From: Podarcis cretensis | Lineage: Eukaryota | DNA length: 64,000 bases | Direction of reading: 5' to 3' | Assembly: GCA_951804945.1 (NCBI GenBank) | Contig: OX638158.1 | Location: forward strand, 37,324,001-37,388,000 | In this document: positions 12,200 to 24,748 of the stretch, piece after piece | How the letters are laid out: each line of letters starts with the position of its first letter | How positions within the stretch are numbered: position 1 is the first letter of the stretch | Notes under the pieces: model-generated | Seen by the model: only the letters and a program-made list of their open reading frames with translations | Told to the model about the DNA's origin: nothing | The model's database searches: none | Made by a program: the position numbers and the translations under genes

Positions 12200-12720
12200 T
12201 ACCGCGGCATCATTGACAACAGTTCAGCCACGGGCGCTTTGCTCTCGCAATGAAATCGCTGGTCGGAGGAGGCAGAAGTGAACACGCGCGCCTAATGACC
12301 CGACCCGGGCATTCTGCACGTGGGGAAGCGCTTTTGCTTCCCTTCGCCTCCTCATCGCGCCCCAACGGCAGGAAAGGATTGGGAAAGGGGCTTTTCGCTT
12401 TCCCCGGCAGGAGCAAGGAGAGGATTCCCAAGCGCCAAACCGACAGGTCAGGCTCTCCTTGCTCCCCGGCTGCCTCCCCCACTTTCCAGGACAAGGCGGC
12501 CAGGAGGCGAAGTTGGAAAAGGGGAAGGTAGGAAGGAAGCCGCTTACCCGGACGAGCCAACCCAGCAGCGACGGAGCCCGCCGCTCTCGCAGGAACCGTC
12601 TGCTTCTTCCTTTACGGCAAAAAGGAACTCGCGAGGCAACGTCCGGGAGCTGCTCTCCTAAGCCCCAAAGCACACTGGGAAATGTAGTCCTGGCAAGGGC
12701 CCTCCGAAGGCCGCCCAATT
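12200..12720 (-). promoter_or_regulatory. MRPL42: MRPL42 CpG-island promoter with putative non-coding exon 1 (about 12650-12548)
   Basis: CpG-dense; GTAAGC donor after 12548; SBS motif at 12669-12690. Confidence 0.75.
12669..12690 (-). promoter_or_regulatory. ZNF143/THAP11 (SBS) motif GGACTACATTTCCCAGTGTGCT
   Basis: Matches the ACTACAnnTCCCA consensus at the upstream edge of the MRPL42 island. Confidence 0.8.
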
Positions 12721-13039
12721 AAAAAGCAGCTGAGGTTTTTTAAGACTGCATGTTTTTAATTTTAGACAGTGGGTTGCAGCAAAAACAACAGAGCACGTTA
12801 GTCTTTAATTTGTCACAAGACTCTCGCTGGTTTTGCTGTATTGTTTTTTTTTAGGAGCATAGAAACTTTCCACCCACACTGATACATAGAGCTAGAAGGA
12901 GGTGGTACAGGGGCATTTCTCTTCCAGCCAACTGCTTCACCCTAACTTGAGCAGGCGAGACTTTCCCTGCTCTGGGGAAGGAGCACAGTTCACCATAAAA
13001 GCATCTGCTTGTTGGTGGTGATGGTGGGGGAATCTCTGG

Positions 13040-13325
13040 TTCAACTCCTCAGGTAGGGCTTGGAAAGATTCCTGTTTGAAAGCCTGGGCTGGGCAGCTGC
13101 TACCAGTCAGTGTTGGCAATACTGAACTTGGTCTAACTCAGTATAAGGCAACTACCCTCTTTGGGAGAAGATTTGCTTTGCATGCAAAATGTGCCTAATT
13201 TAACGCCTGGCATTTCCAGGTCGAAGGATGTCTGTCTGAACTCCTGGAGAGCTGCTGCCAGCCAGTGTCTGCAATAGATGGCCTATAGTCTGACTCAGTT
13301 TAAGGCAGCTTCCTGTGTTCCTAGT
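13040..13325 (+). mobile_element. Two adjacent degraded SINE copies (family with GCTGCCAGTCAGTGT...CTCAGTATAAGGCAGCTTCCT tail)
   Basis: Same motifs recur at about 14385-14545 (-) and 58655-58840 (+). Confidence 0.6.
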
Positions 13326-16300
13326 ATGGGGTTGAAACGTTGATAAATGCTGTGTCTAACAAATTTCTGCATGCCAGGCAGCTGTTAAATAAAGGCCGAG
13401 GAGCACTGCAGGTGGCAACTTATACAACTTTTGCCACTATTTTTGTGAATTCAACTCAGTCACTTATGAAGAGTGTTGTGGATTACACAGGCATGGTAGC
13501 AGAAATGTGCGTTTGTGATTAGATAGAATCAAAGACAGAGCTCTTTCCCTTTAATCAATATGAAGCAGAATTAATTCAGCAAATCTGACTTTTGCTGCTA
13601 TGGTATAACAAACTGCTCATGCAAACATGACAGCCCTAAAAAAATAGCCTAAAATCTTCTCAGATTCATTCTTGGCGTAGCTCTTGGCTATGAATAGAGT
13701 TTCAAATGCTACGCACTTGAGTTGGAATGTCGCTGGTATCTTTAAAAAGTCTTTGCAGGAAGCAAAGTTGAAGCAAGGATAATTTGGAAAGGGGATTGGC
13801 ATATAATTTCACTGCTTGTGACTGAAGGGCAAGGAGTTGAGTTACAGGGCTAACTGCAGTTGAAGATCTAAAAGGAATCTGCTTCTAGGAATGAATTTCT
13901 CTTCCTCCCTCCCTCCCTCTCTGTGACACCTTCTCACTTACAAGTAGTTAGATTATGATTATGTAAACTTGGAAAAACTTAAAAACAATGGGGAAAGCAA
14001 TTAGAAACCTTTAGTTCAGAATTCATGGCAAAGCCTTCATTCATGGCAAAGTTTACTACAGAGTTTAGGCCAATATAGTACTAGCAGGGTGGCAAAAGGC
14101 AAAATGAGAGGTAACATTATGTTTGTGTGGATGCCCAACAGTAGCATATACAAAGAGAAGTTTCATTTTGACACAGGTACAAAAGAGGACAGGATTGCTG
14201 TGCCTTTACTAGAACTGTACTGTTCTTGTGTAGAAGTGGGGGTTTCTAGTGGTGTTGTATGTCAAGCAAAGTTGAGAAAAGGCTGCACTTGCTGAAATTT
14301 CCTCCTTCACACAACTACTCAAGGAACAGAAGTCTAGTCAACTTTTGTATTTAATTATTGGTCCTGACCTACTGTGGAACATAGAAAGCTGCCTTATACA
14401 GGGTCAAGCCATTGGTTCATCTAGCTAATCTAGGTTAGTATTGTCTGCACTGATATTAAGTGGCTCTCCAGGGTTTTAGCCCTATCTAGGATTGAACCTG
14501 GTATCTTGTGTATGCAAAACAGATGCTCTTACCATTGAGCTAAAACACTTCCCCAGAGGTACTGACGAAAGTAGCAAAATTGTGTTATCACTAATTTACT
14601 ACTATTGTTTTGAACGTCACCTGGCTTAAGTTTTATATAGACTTGATTCAGATATCAAATTAATGCATAGGGTGAATTGGGCTGTTTTTGGAATACAACT
14701 ACTGTAAGAAATCCAGAACACAAATTTGCACGCTGAATTCAGACCATTGTTTAACTTGACAGGAATGAGCTGCAACAAACCTTCAGTTCACACACTCTCT
14801 CCTCTTTCTCTGGCACACCCTCAAGGAAGAGATAGAAAAGAGAACAGGAAGCTTGCACCTTTCAAAGTTATGCAGAAGCGGGAATTTCAGAAGTTGTAAC
14901 ATGTTGTCATGCAAGCTAAAGCTACTAAAATCACCTTTTCTGCACATAAATGCAGGAACCCTGTCTTCTTTTTCATCTGGGCACCCTAGCTGCATGGAGT
15001 TCTTTATTTCCTTTAGTTTGTATTTGGGTATAGCTGAATGAAGGACTTGTAGCTGTCTCTCACACTAACTATATGCATGTTCTTTCAGCTGCTAGTATGT
15101 GTTTGCATCACCCAGTACCAACTCTTTTGTATTGTTGGTTTTGTTTAGATCAGTATGTAAGTTTATGGGTGAAGATGCTAAATTGCTAACTTGGCGTTCT
15201 GGTCTTCTCTCAATCACAGCATTTTTCACATGGTTTTGCCAAGGCTAGATCTTGTGTTAGTCAGTGTATCAACGATACAGACTTTCAGTATTTGCTTTCA
15301 GTAGCCATTAAGTCCAGCTCACCATTGTCATTTAGCTTTTACCCTACCTCTGTAAACAAACCAAATGTTTCAAAATTCCACTCTTGCACGTTTCAATGTG
15401 ACACTTTCTGCTCTTTTGGATAGGAGATGGCAATATCCTACTCTGTCCCTGTGGTTCAGAGGGAATTGAAACAGTATGGCATGCCTTATTATTTTGTAAC
15501 TAACATTGAGATATCCAGAAAGAGCTGATTAATCTGATATATAGTTTAATCATTTGAACATTGCACTTTCCCCCTCTCCCCGATGCAAATAAGATTGCTA
15601 CAGAAACTGTAGCTTTTGTTGTTGAGATCTATGAATATATGAGTACAAATCTTACCTAAACAAATGTAACCATGTTTTCCTACCTGCTAGAAGAGATATT
15701 CAAGAATTTTGTATCTTCCATTTTTGTGTGTTAACTGATGCAGAAGTTTTATTGTGAGGTCTGTTCATACATTGATTGAAGACTGATATGATCTCTGTAT
15801 AATTCTGTTGCTTTACATAGGTGGTAGTCAGCTGATGTTGAGAGGATATACAAAAATGCTGTAACCCTCTTACATATTTTGAAAATGTATGCCACAGCAT
15901 TCTCCTTATGATCTAATTAAAAAGCCATGACAGTAGAAAATCTGAGAACAAAAAAGCCCACAGTCTGCCAATAAAAGTCAAATAGCCTGATGTCATTAAT
16001 AGTCCCTCTGAGTTCAATTTATTCTCAAGTAAGCATGCGTAGGACTGTAGCTTGTAGTGTGTTCTGGGTCGAAGCTGGAAGCATGTAATTGCATATAACA
16101 TAGATCATTAGGTCATGGGGGAAGATCTTGGTTTGTTCCTCATTTTGGAGCAAACCACAGCAGTCTGCATCAAATGAATCATGCCCCGATCAGAACATAG
16201 ACACGCAGATGAGATCATAAGTCTATGGACCTTACTAATCATTGTCCCTGCCTACTTACATTTTAGTTGCCTTCTTTTTACTTGGTGGTCTGAGTTCTGG

Positions 16301-16689
16301 TTATTTATTTCCACTTATAAAACATTCCTAGCTGCTAGCAGCAGCTAGAGCGTGTGGCGTTTGCTCCTTATTGCCAAATTTAGCATCCTGCAAACCTTAG
16401 TTTTCACTTTAAAAGAAGGCAAAGCTCTAGTTCTTAAGGCCGCGAAGAAAGTGTGAGGCGATCTACGATATAGTCATCGTCGTGCTCAGCTCAATGCATT
16501 TTCCATGAGTAACAGAAGCAGGATAAAATACATAAAATAAGGGAAGACAGGTAAAAAAATTTCTCACAGAACTCAGGTTCTTGGCGCGGCAATGTGTAAA
16601 TCAACCTTCTTCTATGGCTAACGCTTCGTGTGTCTCTGACGAAGGGCGCTCTGCCTTCCACGGAAGCTCCTGACACGAAGCACCTGTGT

Positions 16690-17600
16690 TAATTCGGAAG
16701 GGGCGGCCAGGACAAACCTGCCCGCGCCTCCTCGCGCCGGGACTACACTTCCCAGCATGCCTCGCTAGGCGCTGCCGGTGACGTCACGGGAAGTGAAGCG
16801 CAGAGCTCCTTCCGGTAGTGCGTAAGCCCCGAGCGGAGCCGAGACCCAGCGGAGCCTGAATCCCAATAAGACAAGATGGCCGGGCTGCCCCGCAGGATCA
16901 TCAAGGTACCCGCTCCCCTTCCTCCTCCGGCCTGTCCCCACCCCCTTGCCCCGCTCGGCCCTCAAGCTGCGCGCAGGCCTCGCCGGGCCTCGCGCCCAGG
17001 CCCGGGGCCGCCGGAGCCCCGAGGAAAGCGCTGAGGGCAGCGCGGCGCTTCCGGTGAGCGGGGCAGGCAGGCAGGCAGGCAGGCGGCGACTTCGCCCTCC
17101 TTCCTTCCCCCGCCGCTGCAGGGCGCGGGGGGCGAGGCCGGCCTGGTGGCGACAACAGCCATCGCCGTTCGCGGGAGGGACCAGTCGGGGCGCGCCTGAG
17201 GGGCGGCGGCGGCGGCGCCTTGCGAGCATCTGCCTGCCGGGAATGAATGGGAGCCGCAAGCAGGGCGGATGGAAGGCGCCCCCCCCCCCGCCACCTTCCG
17301 GCCTGGGTTCTGAGCCGCGCGAGTCACGGCGCTGGTCCCCGCCCTCTCCGCCGCTGCAGCCGGCGCCCCTGCCTCTGCTGAGCCGCGGCAGGGCGAAGGG
17401 AGGCGGCCGGGGCGGGCTCTCTCTCTCGCTCGCTCGCTCGCACGAACTAGGCGGGCGAGACCTGGCCGTGGCCCAGGCAAGCTGCTGGGAAGCGGCGCAC
17501 GAGACCCGCGTGGCAGGCGCAGCTTTGCCTAAGCCTCGCGTCGCCTCTCAGGCAGCAGCAGAGTCCGCTGCTGGCTCACCTTCTCACGAGGGTTGGCCAG
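16690..17600 (+). promoter_or_regulatory. UBE2N: UBE2N CpG-island promoter
   Basis: GC/CpG-rich. SBS motif GGACTACACTTCCCAGCATGCC 16740-16761, CRE TGACGTCA 16779-16786 followed by an ETS-like GGAAGTG, and YY1-like CAAGATGGC over the ATG. Confidence 0.9.
16876..16905 (+). CDS. UBE2N: UBE2N (Ubc13) exon 1, MAGLPRRIIK
   Basis: Matches the known Ubc13 N-terminus; GT donor at 16906. Confidence 0.97.
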
Positions 17601-17759
17601 TACGGTGGTGATTCCCAAAAGTGAATGGACTTAGCCAAGGCTCTCTCCCCTCCCCAAATGCGAGCTAGGTTTTGTTGCATTGCCTTTAAAAAATAAATAA
17701 ATATATTTTTTTAAGGGAGAGGGTTGCATCCGTTGAATCAGAGTAGGCCCATTGGCGCC

Positions 17760-17960
17760 AACATGGTATATAGTAGCTAAAACGTTGGACCTGGGAGACG
17801 GGAGTTCTAGTCCCCAACTCCCTGGGTGGCCATGGGCTAGTCGCTGTCTCTCCGCCTAGCCTGCCTCTCAAGGTAGTTGTCAGGATGAAATTGGGAGAGG
17901 GCTGAACTGTGCACATTTGAACACCTTGGAAGAAAGGTGGGATATAAATGTAATAAATAA
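17760..17960 (+). mobile_element. Degraded MIR/Squam3-like SINE
   Basis: tRNA-like head and GAAAGGTGGGATATAAATG(TAAA)n end; a similar copy lies at about 57140-57335. Confidence 0.55.
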
Positions 17961-20161
17961 AATGAACAGACCTAGGTTAGTTAGGTCCAGTCATTTCTAC
18001 AGGTGTGAAAAACACTGGATGTGGCCCAGAATGTTTTGATTTCATGCTGCCAGATAAAACACATATGCACATACTTCTCTTGAGTTTTTGGGTGCTATCA
18101 TGTTTGGCGTATTATGGAGCACAAAAAATGGTCATGAAATTGTATCGATTTTTCTTTTCACATGTAGCTTAAAAGTTAAAAACAGGAAGTATCTGATTTA
18201 AAATAAAGAGCTTCCAGAACTAACACCCTTTGTGTGTTGATACTATCACTGCTACACTTTCAGCAGTGCACACTTGATATGTAATTCTGAGTTTTCAGAT
18301 TATGAGTTACATGATTTTAACAGTGCTCTGAAAAAGTCACAAGGCTGTGTTTTCAATCAGTTTGGATTCCAGTAAGTGTTGCTGTGGAAAAGATTTGTAT
18401 GATTGAGACATTGTACTCTGTTCTTAGTTGTGCATAGAATTGCTGCTAAATGTATACTGTTGAAAGCTCCAGCCAACTTGCAACCCTAAATTGTACTTAA
18501 GCAGGGGATTAGGTCCCACTGAGGTCTGTGGAACATGGAGTAAACATGTTTAGGATTAAGTAGTTGAATGAGCAACAGTGAGAGGACTTTTGTGGACATG
18601 TTCTGCTTGTGAGCTTTGCAGAGGCATCTGGTTGACCACTGTCAGAAACAGGATGCTGAACTAGATGGACTATGTCTGATCCAGCAGGCCTCTTAGGGTA
18701 TTAATGGGGAACTTGCCATTGATTTACCTCTGTTTTATTGAAGGAAAAACATGTAATGTTCTACAGTCAGTATGCTGAGAGAAATGTTCACTATAGTATG
18801 AGTAAATTTATTGTGTATTTACCTTATTTTTATTCTACATACCCATTTGACTTGGAAATAGTGAGTTCACACTCACACTGAGTTCAGTGGGATACACTCT
18901 CAAGTGTGAAAAGGGATGCAGCTCAGATTCAGTTCTACTCCTTGTTACATGGAGAAACAAAGAGCTACACAAGTTACTGAAACTGTGCAACTAACCATGA
19001 AAGACCTTAGCATTTCCACTTGATAGGAGATCTCACCAGGCATTGATTTCAAGCCTATCAAAAATTGAAACTGAAAGCTGATATTTCCTAGAAAGTGATT
19101 TCTAACCTAAAATGAAACTTATATCAAACTTGAACTCTTAATTTCTGAGCAGATTGTATACTTGTGTTGCTCATGTATGGAATCACAAAATAAATGCAAA
19201 ACCTAAGTGAGTCTTGTTACAAAAACAATGTTGGAAAATTTACAGGAATCCAAAATTTTACCAAGAGACAAACAGGGCTGGAAAATTTACAGGAATCTGA
19301 AATGTTAGTAAGAGACAAATAGTTTCCCAGCTATCCCCAAATAATTTTGAAAGTGGCAAATAGGCAGAGCAGTTCAACCCCCACCCTCAGGATCTTGCAT
19401 CAGTCTTAGCACTCAAACTTCCCCTTCTGTCAGCTGAATGTAAGGAGAGCTGCCAGTGGGATCCCCATGGGAAGCCCCCAAAAGGGGATTTATGGAACCC
19501 TTGATTAATAATCTCAATAGTCAATAGTAGTTGCAATTCAAAATACACATCCAACATGGAGCAATGACTCAATATATGGACTAATTTTTGTTAAAAGGCT
19601 TTCTAGTCAAAAAATAGTTTTTAAAAACACACTCTCTCAAAAGGACTTGAGGCACAATCCCAACTCCCACAGGCTTTGCTGAGCAGCAGGGCCACACAGC
19701 ACTGCTGTTCATTGTAGCCACCACAAAAGATTGAGTAGGGGGCAGAACTATCATGCCTGATGTTGTCAATGAGACCCACTGAGGATCTAATGGATCCTGG
19801 ACCAACTCAGCCCCTTCACCCGAACACCTCATTTTAGTAGCAAGTGCCTTTCCTTCTGTGTATTGCGGAGAATGTAGGAGAGGGGGATTGGGTATTTCAT
19901 CATCATCATTATTACAAAAGGCAGAAACTCCATTGTAAAATAAACAAACTTAGGTCCTTTCTTTTTTCTCTCTCTCCTTCCCTCCTTTTGCTCTGAGGCA
20001 CAGAAATGACGCATGAGGGCAGCAACAAGCAATGGCTGGCTAGTAAGCCAAGCCAAAGTTTGTGGACCCTGGTTAATTGGGGTATGTGTGAAGTTGAGTT
20101 CTTGTGATGTGCATTATCTGTTTGAAAGGTAGGACACAGTAGAAAAATATAGAATTGTACA

Positions 20162-20774
20162 CAGGGTTCAAAATTAGCAGGGTGCCAGGCGCATATTGCG
20201 CCGAAAGGTTCTCCATTTGTGAGCACCTCAAAAAGTCAGAGTACATTTTTTTATGCCTGGCCGACACTCAAGGATTACTGAAATATATGTGCTTTGAAGC
20301 TTCAAAGTACAGTGTTTGTTAAGAATAGACAATATGTTAAGGAATTTAACAATAAAGAGTAGAATACCAATATTTTTATTGTAAACACCTAATGAAACAT
20401 GACTAAGCGGCTTAGTCATTCTGGCCACATGACCTGGAAAAACTGTCTGTGGAAGCGGACAAACGCCGGCTCCCTCGGCCTGTAAAGCGAGATGAGCGCC
20501 GCAACCCCAGAGTCGTTTGCGGCTGGACTTAATTGTCAGGGGTCCCTTTACCTTCACCTTTAATTAATACTGTATTAACAATTTCTGCTAAAAATGTGAT
20601 ATTAACATTGTGTCACTTATGTGAATTGTGCATTAGTTCATGCTTATCAAAATAATAAATAAAAAGTGTTGCTGACCCCTTCCCCCATGGCAACTAGACA
20701 TTCTGTTTTGGCCCACGACCCAGGTCCCAGAAGCCATTTGGCTCCTAGCTTTTCTATCCCAGTTTCTAACACTG
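20162..20774 (+). mobile_element. hAT-type non-autonomous element interrupted by a SINE
   Basis: CAG...CTG ends, 8-bp TSD ATTGTACA; homologous to 26228-26644. Confidence 0.88.
20399..20560 (+). mobile_element. 5'-truncated Sauria SINE nested in the hAT element
   Basis: 3' half of the SINE consensus with ACCTT tail. Confidence 0.88.
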
Positions 20775-20888
20775 ATTGTACAGGCCACACCAGGCAGAAG
20801 CTTTTGTTATCCTTGTCAGTACTAAACTGTAGCATATTAATCTATTTGAGAATAGTTTTTCTTTTGGCCTTCTGTATACTAGTTTGTA

Positions 20889-21237
20889 GGGACGCGGGTG
20901 GCGCTGTGGTCTAAACCACTGAGCCTACGGCTTGCCGATTGGAAGGTCAGTGGTTCGAATCCCTGCGACGGGGTGAGCTCCCGTTGCTCGGTCCCTGCTC
21001 CTGCCAACCTAGCAGTTCAAAAGCACGTCAAAGTGCAAATAGATAAATAGGTACCACTCTGGCGGGAAGGTAAACGGAATTTCCATGTGCTGCTCTGGTT
21101 CGCCACAAGCGGCTTGGTCATGCTGGCCACATGACTCGGAAGCTGTACGCCGGCTCCCTCAGCCAGTAAAGTGAGATGAGCGCCGCAACCCCAGAGTCGG
21201 TCACGACTGGACCTAATGGTCAGGGCTCCCCTTACCC
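20889..21237 (+). mobile_element. Sauria SINE
   Basis: Full length; TSD-like TAGTTTGTA. Confidence 0.92.
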
Positions 21238-21318
21238 ATATATTAGTTTGTACATAGTTCAAAACCACTAAACTAGCATTTCAGTGACAAGTCTTATGTA
21301 GCTAGTCAGTTTAGTGGT

Positions 21319-21565
21319 GGGTGCCAGTGTGGTGTAGCGGTTAAGAGTGGTAGACTTGTAATCTGGTGAACCGGGTTCGTGTCCCCGCTCCTCCACATGC
21401 AGCTGCTGGGTGACCTTGGGCCAGTCACACTTCTCTGAAGTCTCTCAGCCCCACTCACCTCACAGAGTGTTTGTTGTGGGGGAGGAAGGGAAAGGAGAAT
21501 GTTAGCCGCTTTGAGACTCCTTCGGGTAGTGATAAAGCGGGATATCAAATCCAAACTCTTCTTCT
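21319..21565 (+). mobile_element. Squam3-type SINE
   Basis: tRNA head (TGGTGTAGCGG...GGTTCG), CORE-like GGGTGACCTTGGGCCAGTCAC, (CTT)n tail. Confidence 0.8.
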
Positions 21566-23589
21566 GCCTTTGTAGTGACAACACACAGATGTTTCTAGTA
21601 AAGTTCTGCTGCTCTCTTTGTTTGATCCCAGATCTTCTGGGACTGAATGGCCTTGTGACCGTGGCTGCGTCACTCCACTGTGTACTAAGCAGGTTTGGGC
21701 TTCTTTGCCATGAGTACAGTGAGTTTGTATTGGAGCAATTGCCAGCACTGGCACAGATCACTGACCTGGAACTTGTAGGGTTTCAGTATCAGTAGTATTT
21801 TTAACACATTTGATTTCAGTGATAATAGATCCAAGCTGGACTGCTACTCTATAATTTATTTGAAGGCATTAAAACCATACATAGAAACACCTTGCTGTTC
21901 TTCCAGTACCTCTCCTGAGTTCTTCAAGTAACTTTTATAACAGTATGTAAGATTTGGATACGCTGTACCTCAGTTGCAATAATAATATCCTACCTATCAC
22001 AACATTTCTGGGGCCTTTGTAGAGTATATCTAGAAAGATGACTGCAGACATGCTGCCTCACTGGTCTTTTTAGCCTAAATGTTACTGTGCCTATTTACCC
22101 CAGTGTGTCCTGCAGGAGAATTGCAATTTGAAGTGTGAAGACTGTGTCAGAACTCAAGAACAGACCCATGCAATTAGGAAAGCAGACTTACAGCCATCCT
22201 GCCCAGCAAGCAAGAAAGCTGAATAGCTCCTAAACTGGCATCAATTTACCCAACATTGTTCTCTCACTACTTGCTGCAATTTAAACCTATTTATGCAGCA
22301 TGAAAGTAGCAAAAGTTTCTTTTCTTTTGAAGTGCCAATTTGGAAGGAGAGTTTGGTTTGTTTGTTTAAATCTAAAAATGTTGAGACATATTCTGTAAAT
22401 CAGATATGCCAAAATAAATATGACTAGGTCTCAGATATAAGTATCGGCGTTGTGGGAGGGAAAGACTGTCTCCAGTAGTTTTTCTCAAATGAGTTGGGAG
22501 GAAACAATTTAGGTGTGGGGCTTGTGACTCAGATTGAAGTGGCAAGGAGAAGTAAAATGGGCTAATGACTGAGCAAGTGAACAGATGATCAGGAAATAAG
22601 ATCTGCAACTGTCTTTACTCATGTATGACAGGTGTCTGGTAATCTCAATCTCTTTAAATGATTTTTGACTACTGGCTGAGATCTAATAATAGCTCTGGTT
22701 CCTTTAAAAGTTACAAAGAGGTGTGGAAAGAAGGCATCAGATGTCATAAAGGCAGTGAGCAAAGCTGGGAGAATGCTCCAGCAGGAAATGGAAAAGTGTC
22801 TTCATTCTTGTTCTTCCTACACCTCTAACATTGGTTGTTGGCATCAACAAACTGCTTGGTGCTGTGGAACACCAAGTTGTACCGTCTGCACCTAGAGGGC
22901 TTGCAGTCTGAATCTGATAGGAGAGGACATGAGGACGGGCCAGTGAGAGGAGGAAGGGGATGATGAAAATGTAGAGCTTAAAGTGAGCCAGGAAAGGCTT
23001 TTATGGAAAAAGTCATTGAAATCAGTGATTGGAAGGAAGGGAGAGATAGAAAAGGCTCTCACTAATGAAGACAGTAAAAGAAGGGACATGGATCGTGTGA
23101 GAGTTTAGGAGGTACATGAAGAAAAGCATTTTCTCCATGTTTTCTTTCTTGGGGTTGTATTAAATACTTCGTTAAAACTAAACCTCACTGCTTTAAGAAT
23201 ATGAATGGCTTGTGTACAGTTTGGTATACAGTATTTATGACACTTAATTGAATATTTATTTTTAGCCAGATAAATACATTATTCAGACAATAACTGGGAA
23301 AATACGTAGGCCAGCGTCCAAATAACTGTGACACTAGTTCCATGAGTCAAAGGGAACTATAGACTTCTTTCCATCAATATCGGTCTCCTTGCCACAAGGA
23401 AAACTGCTTGTGAAACCAAGGGGACTTTCCAAAACAGTTCGTGACCTGTGTGAGAGTCACTGTTCAGTTATAAGACATAAATCCACTGGGCCTGGCACAA
23501 GTGCTATGAGGAAAAGCAGCTCTTTTGAGTCCGAAACTCAATGTCAGATATGGAGCTACAAGTTATTGCAACTTACAGTATCTTAAGTA

Positions 23590-24748
23590 CAGTGGTGCCT
23601 CGCAAGACGAAATTAATTCGTTCCGCAAGTCTTTTCGTCTTGCGAGCTTTTCGTCTTGCGAAGCACGGTTTCCCATAGGAATGGATTGAGAATCAATCAA
23701 TGCATTCCTATGGAAACCGCCTTCAGACCAGGTCCGGGGACAGTCTGTCCCCCGACCTCTTCTGAAGGCGGGCGGGGGGGGGCGAAAGTCTTTGCTTCCC
23801 CCCGCCTGCCTTCCCGGGACAGCGGAGACTTCTCCGCTGTCCCGGGGCGATCTTAAAATGCTGGCAGGCGGCAGCGCTGCCACCCGCCAGCATTTTAAAA
23901 TCGCCCCGGGACAGCGGATGAATTCTCCGCTGTCCCGGGGCGATTTAAAAGCCCCCGGGAAGGCAGACAGGGGGGACAAAGACTTTTGCCCCCACCCACC
24001 TTCAGAAGAGGTCCAGAGGGCTCTACAAGCTGCGGATAGCAGCCTGCTGCCCCGCGTGAGGGGCAGACATTCGCAGCTTGGGGAGCCCTGAAGGACTTCC
24101 CCTGCAGGGCTCCCCAAGCGGCGAATGTCTGCCCCGCGTGAGGGGCGCTCTGCTTAAGAGCGCCCCTCGCGCGGGGCAGCAGGCTGCTATCCGCAGCCTA
24201 GGCGGGAACTCTTCTGAAGGCTGGCGGGGGAGAAGGGCTTTTCTTCCCACCGCCAGCCTTCAGAACAGCCTTCTGAATGTAGGCGGTGGGGAGGAAAACC
24301 TTCCTCACACCACAAGTCTTCAAGACAGGTCCGGGAACAGAGGAGAAGCGCTGCGCACCTTCCCCTCTGTTCCCAGACCTGTCCTGAAGGCTTGAGGTGG
24401 GAGGAGGGCTTTCCTCCCCACCGCCAACATTCAGAAGGCTGTTCTGAATGTTGGCGGTGGGGAGGAAAAACCCTCCTCCCACCGCAAGCCCCGGGAACAG
24501 AGGAGAAGCCCTTCGCGCCTTGTCCTCTGTTCCCGGACCTCCCACCTCAAGCCTTAGGACAGGTCCGGGAACAGAGGAGAAGGCGCGCTGCGCTTCCCCG
24601 CTGTCCCCGGAGATTTCCCTATGGGCTTTTGTCTTGCGAAGCAAGCCCATAGGGAAATTCGTCTTGCGAAGCCGCTAAAAAATCGGAAAACCCTTTCGTC
24701 TTGCGGGTTTTTCGTTTAGCGAGGCATTCGTCTTGCGGGGCACCACTG
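23590..24748. mobile_element. GC-rich Tc1/mariner (Tigger-like) MITE, 1.16 kb
   Basis: TIR CAGTGGTGCCTCGCAAGACGAA / TTCGTCTTGCGGGGCACCACTG, TA TSD, internal palindromes. Confidence 0.9.

Noticed and set aside
16765-17611. Long overlapping ORFs in the UBE2N CpG island (also 12210-12722 and 50151-51434)
   Set aside because: They arise from stop-codon scarcity in GC-rich DNA and give low-complexity R/P/A/G peptides. Only the short true exons are recognisable.
23563-24678. ORFs up to 184 aa inside the GC-rich MITE as a possible transposase
   Set aside because: No DDE or HTH motifs; the ORFs come from palindromic GC-rich repeats.
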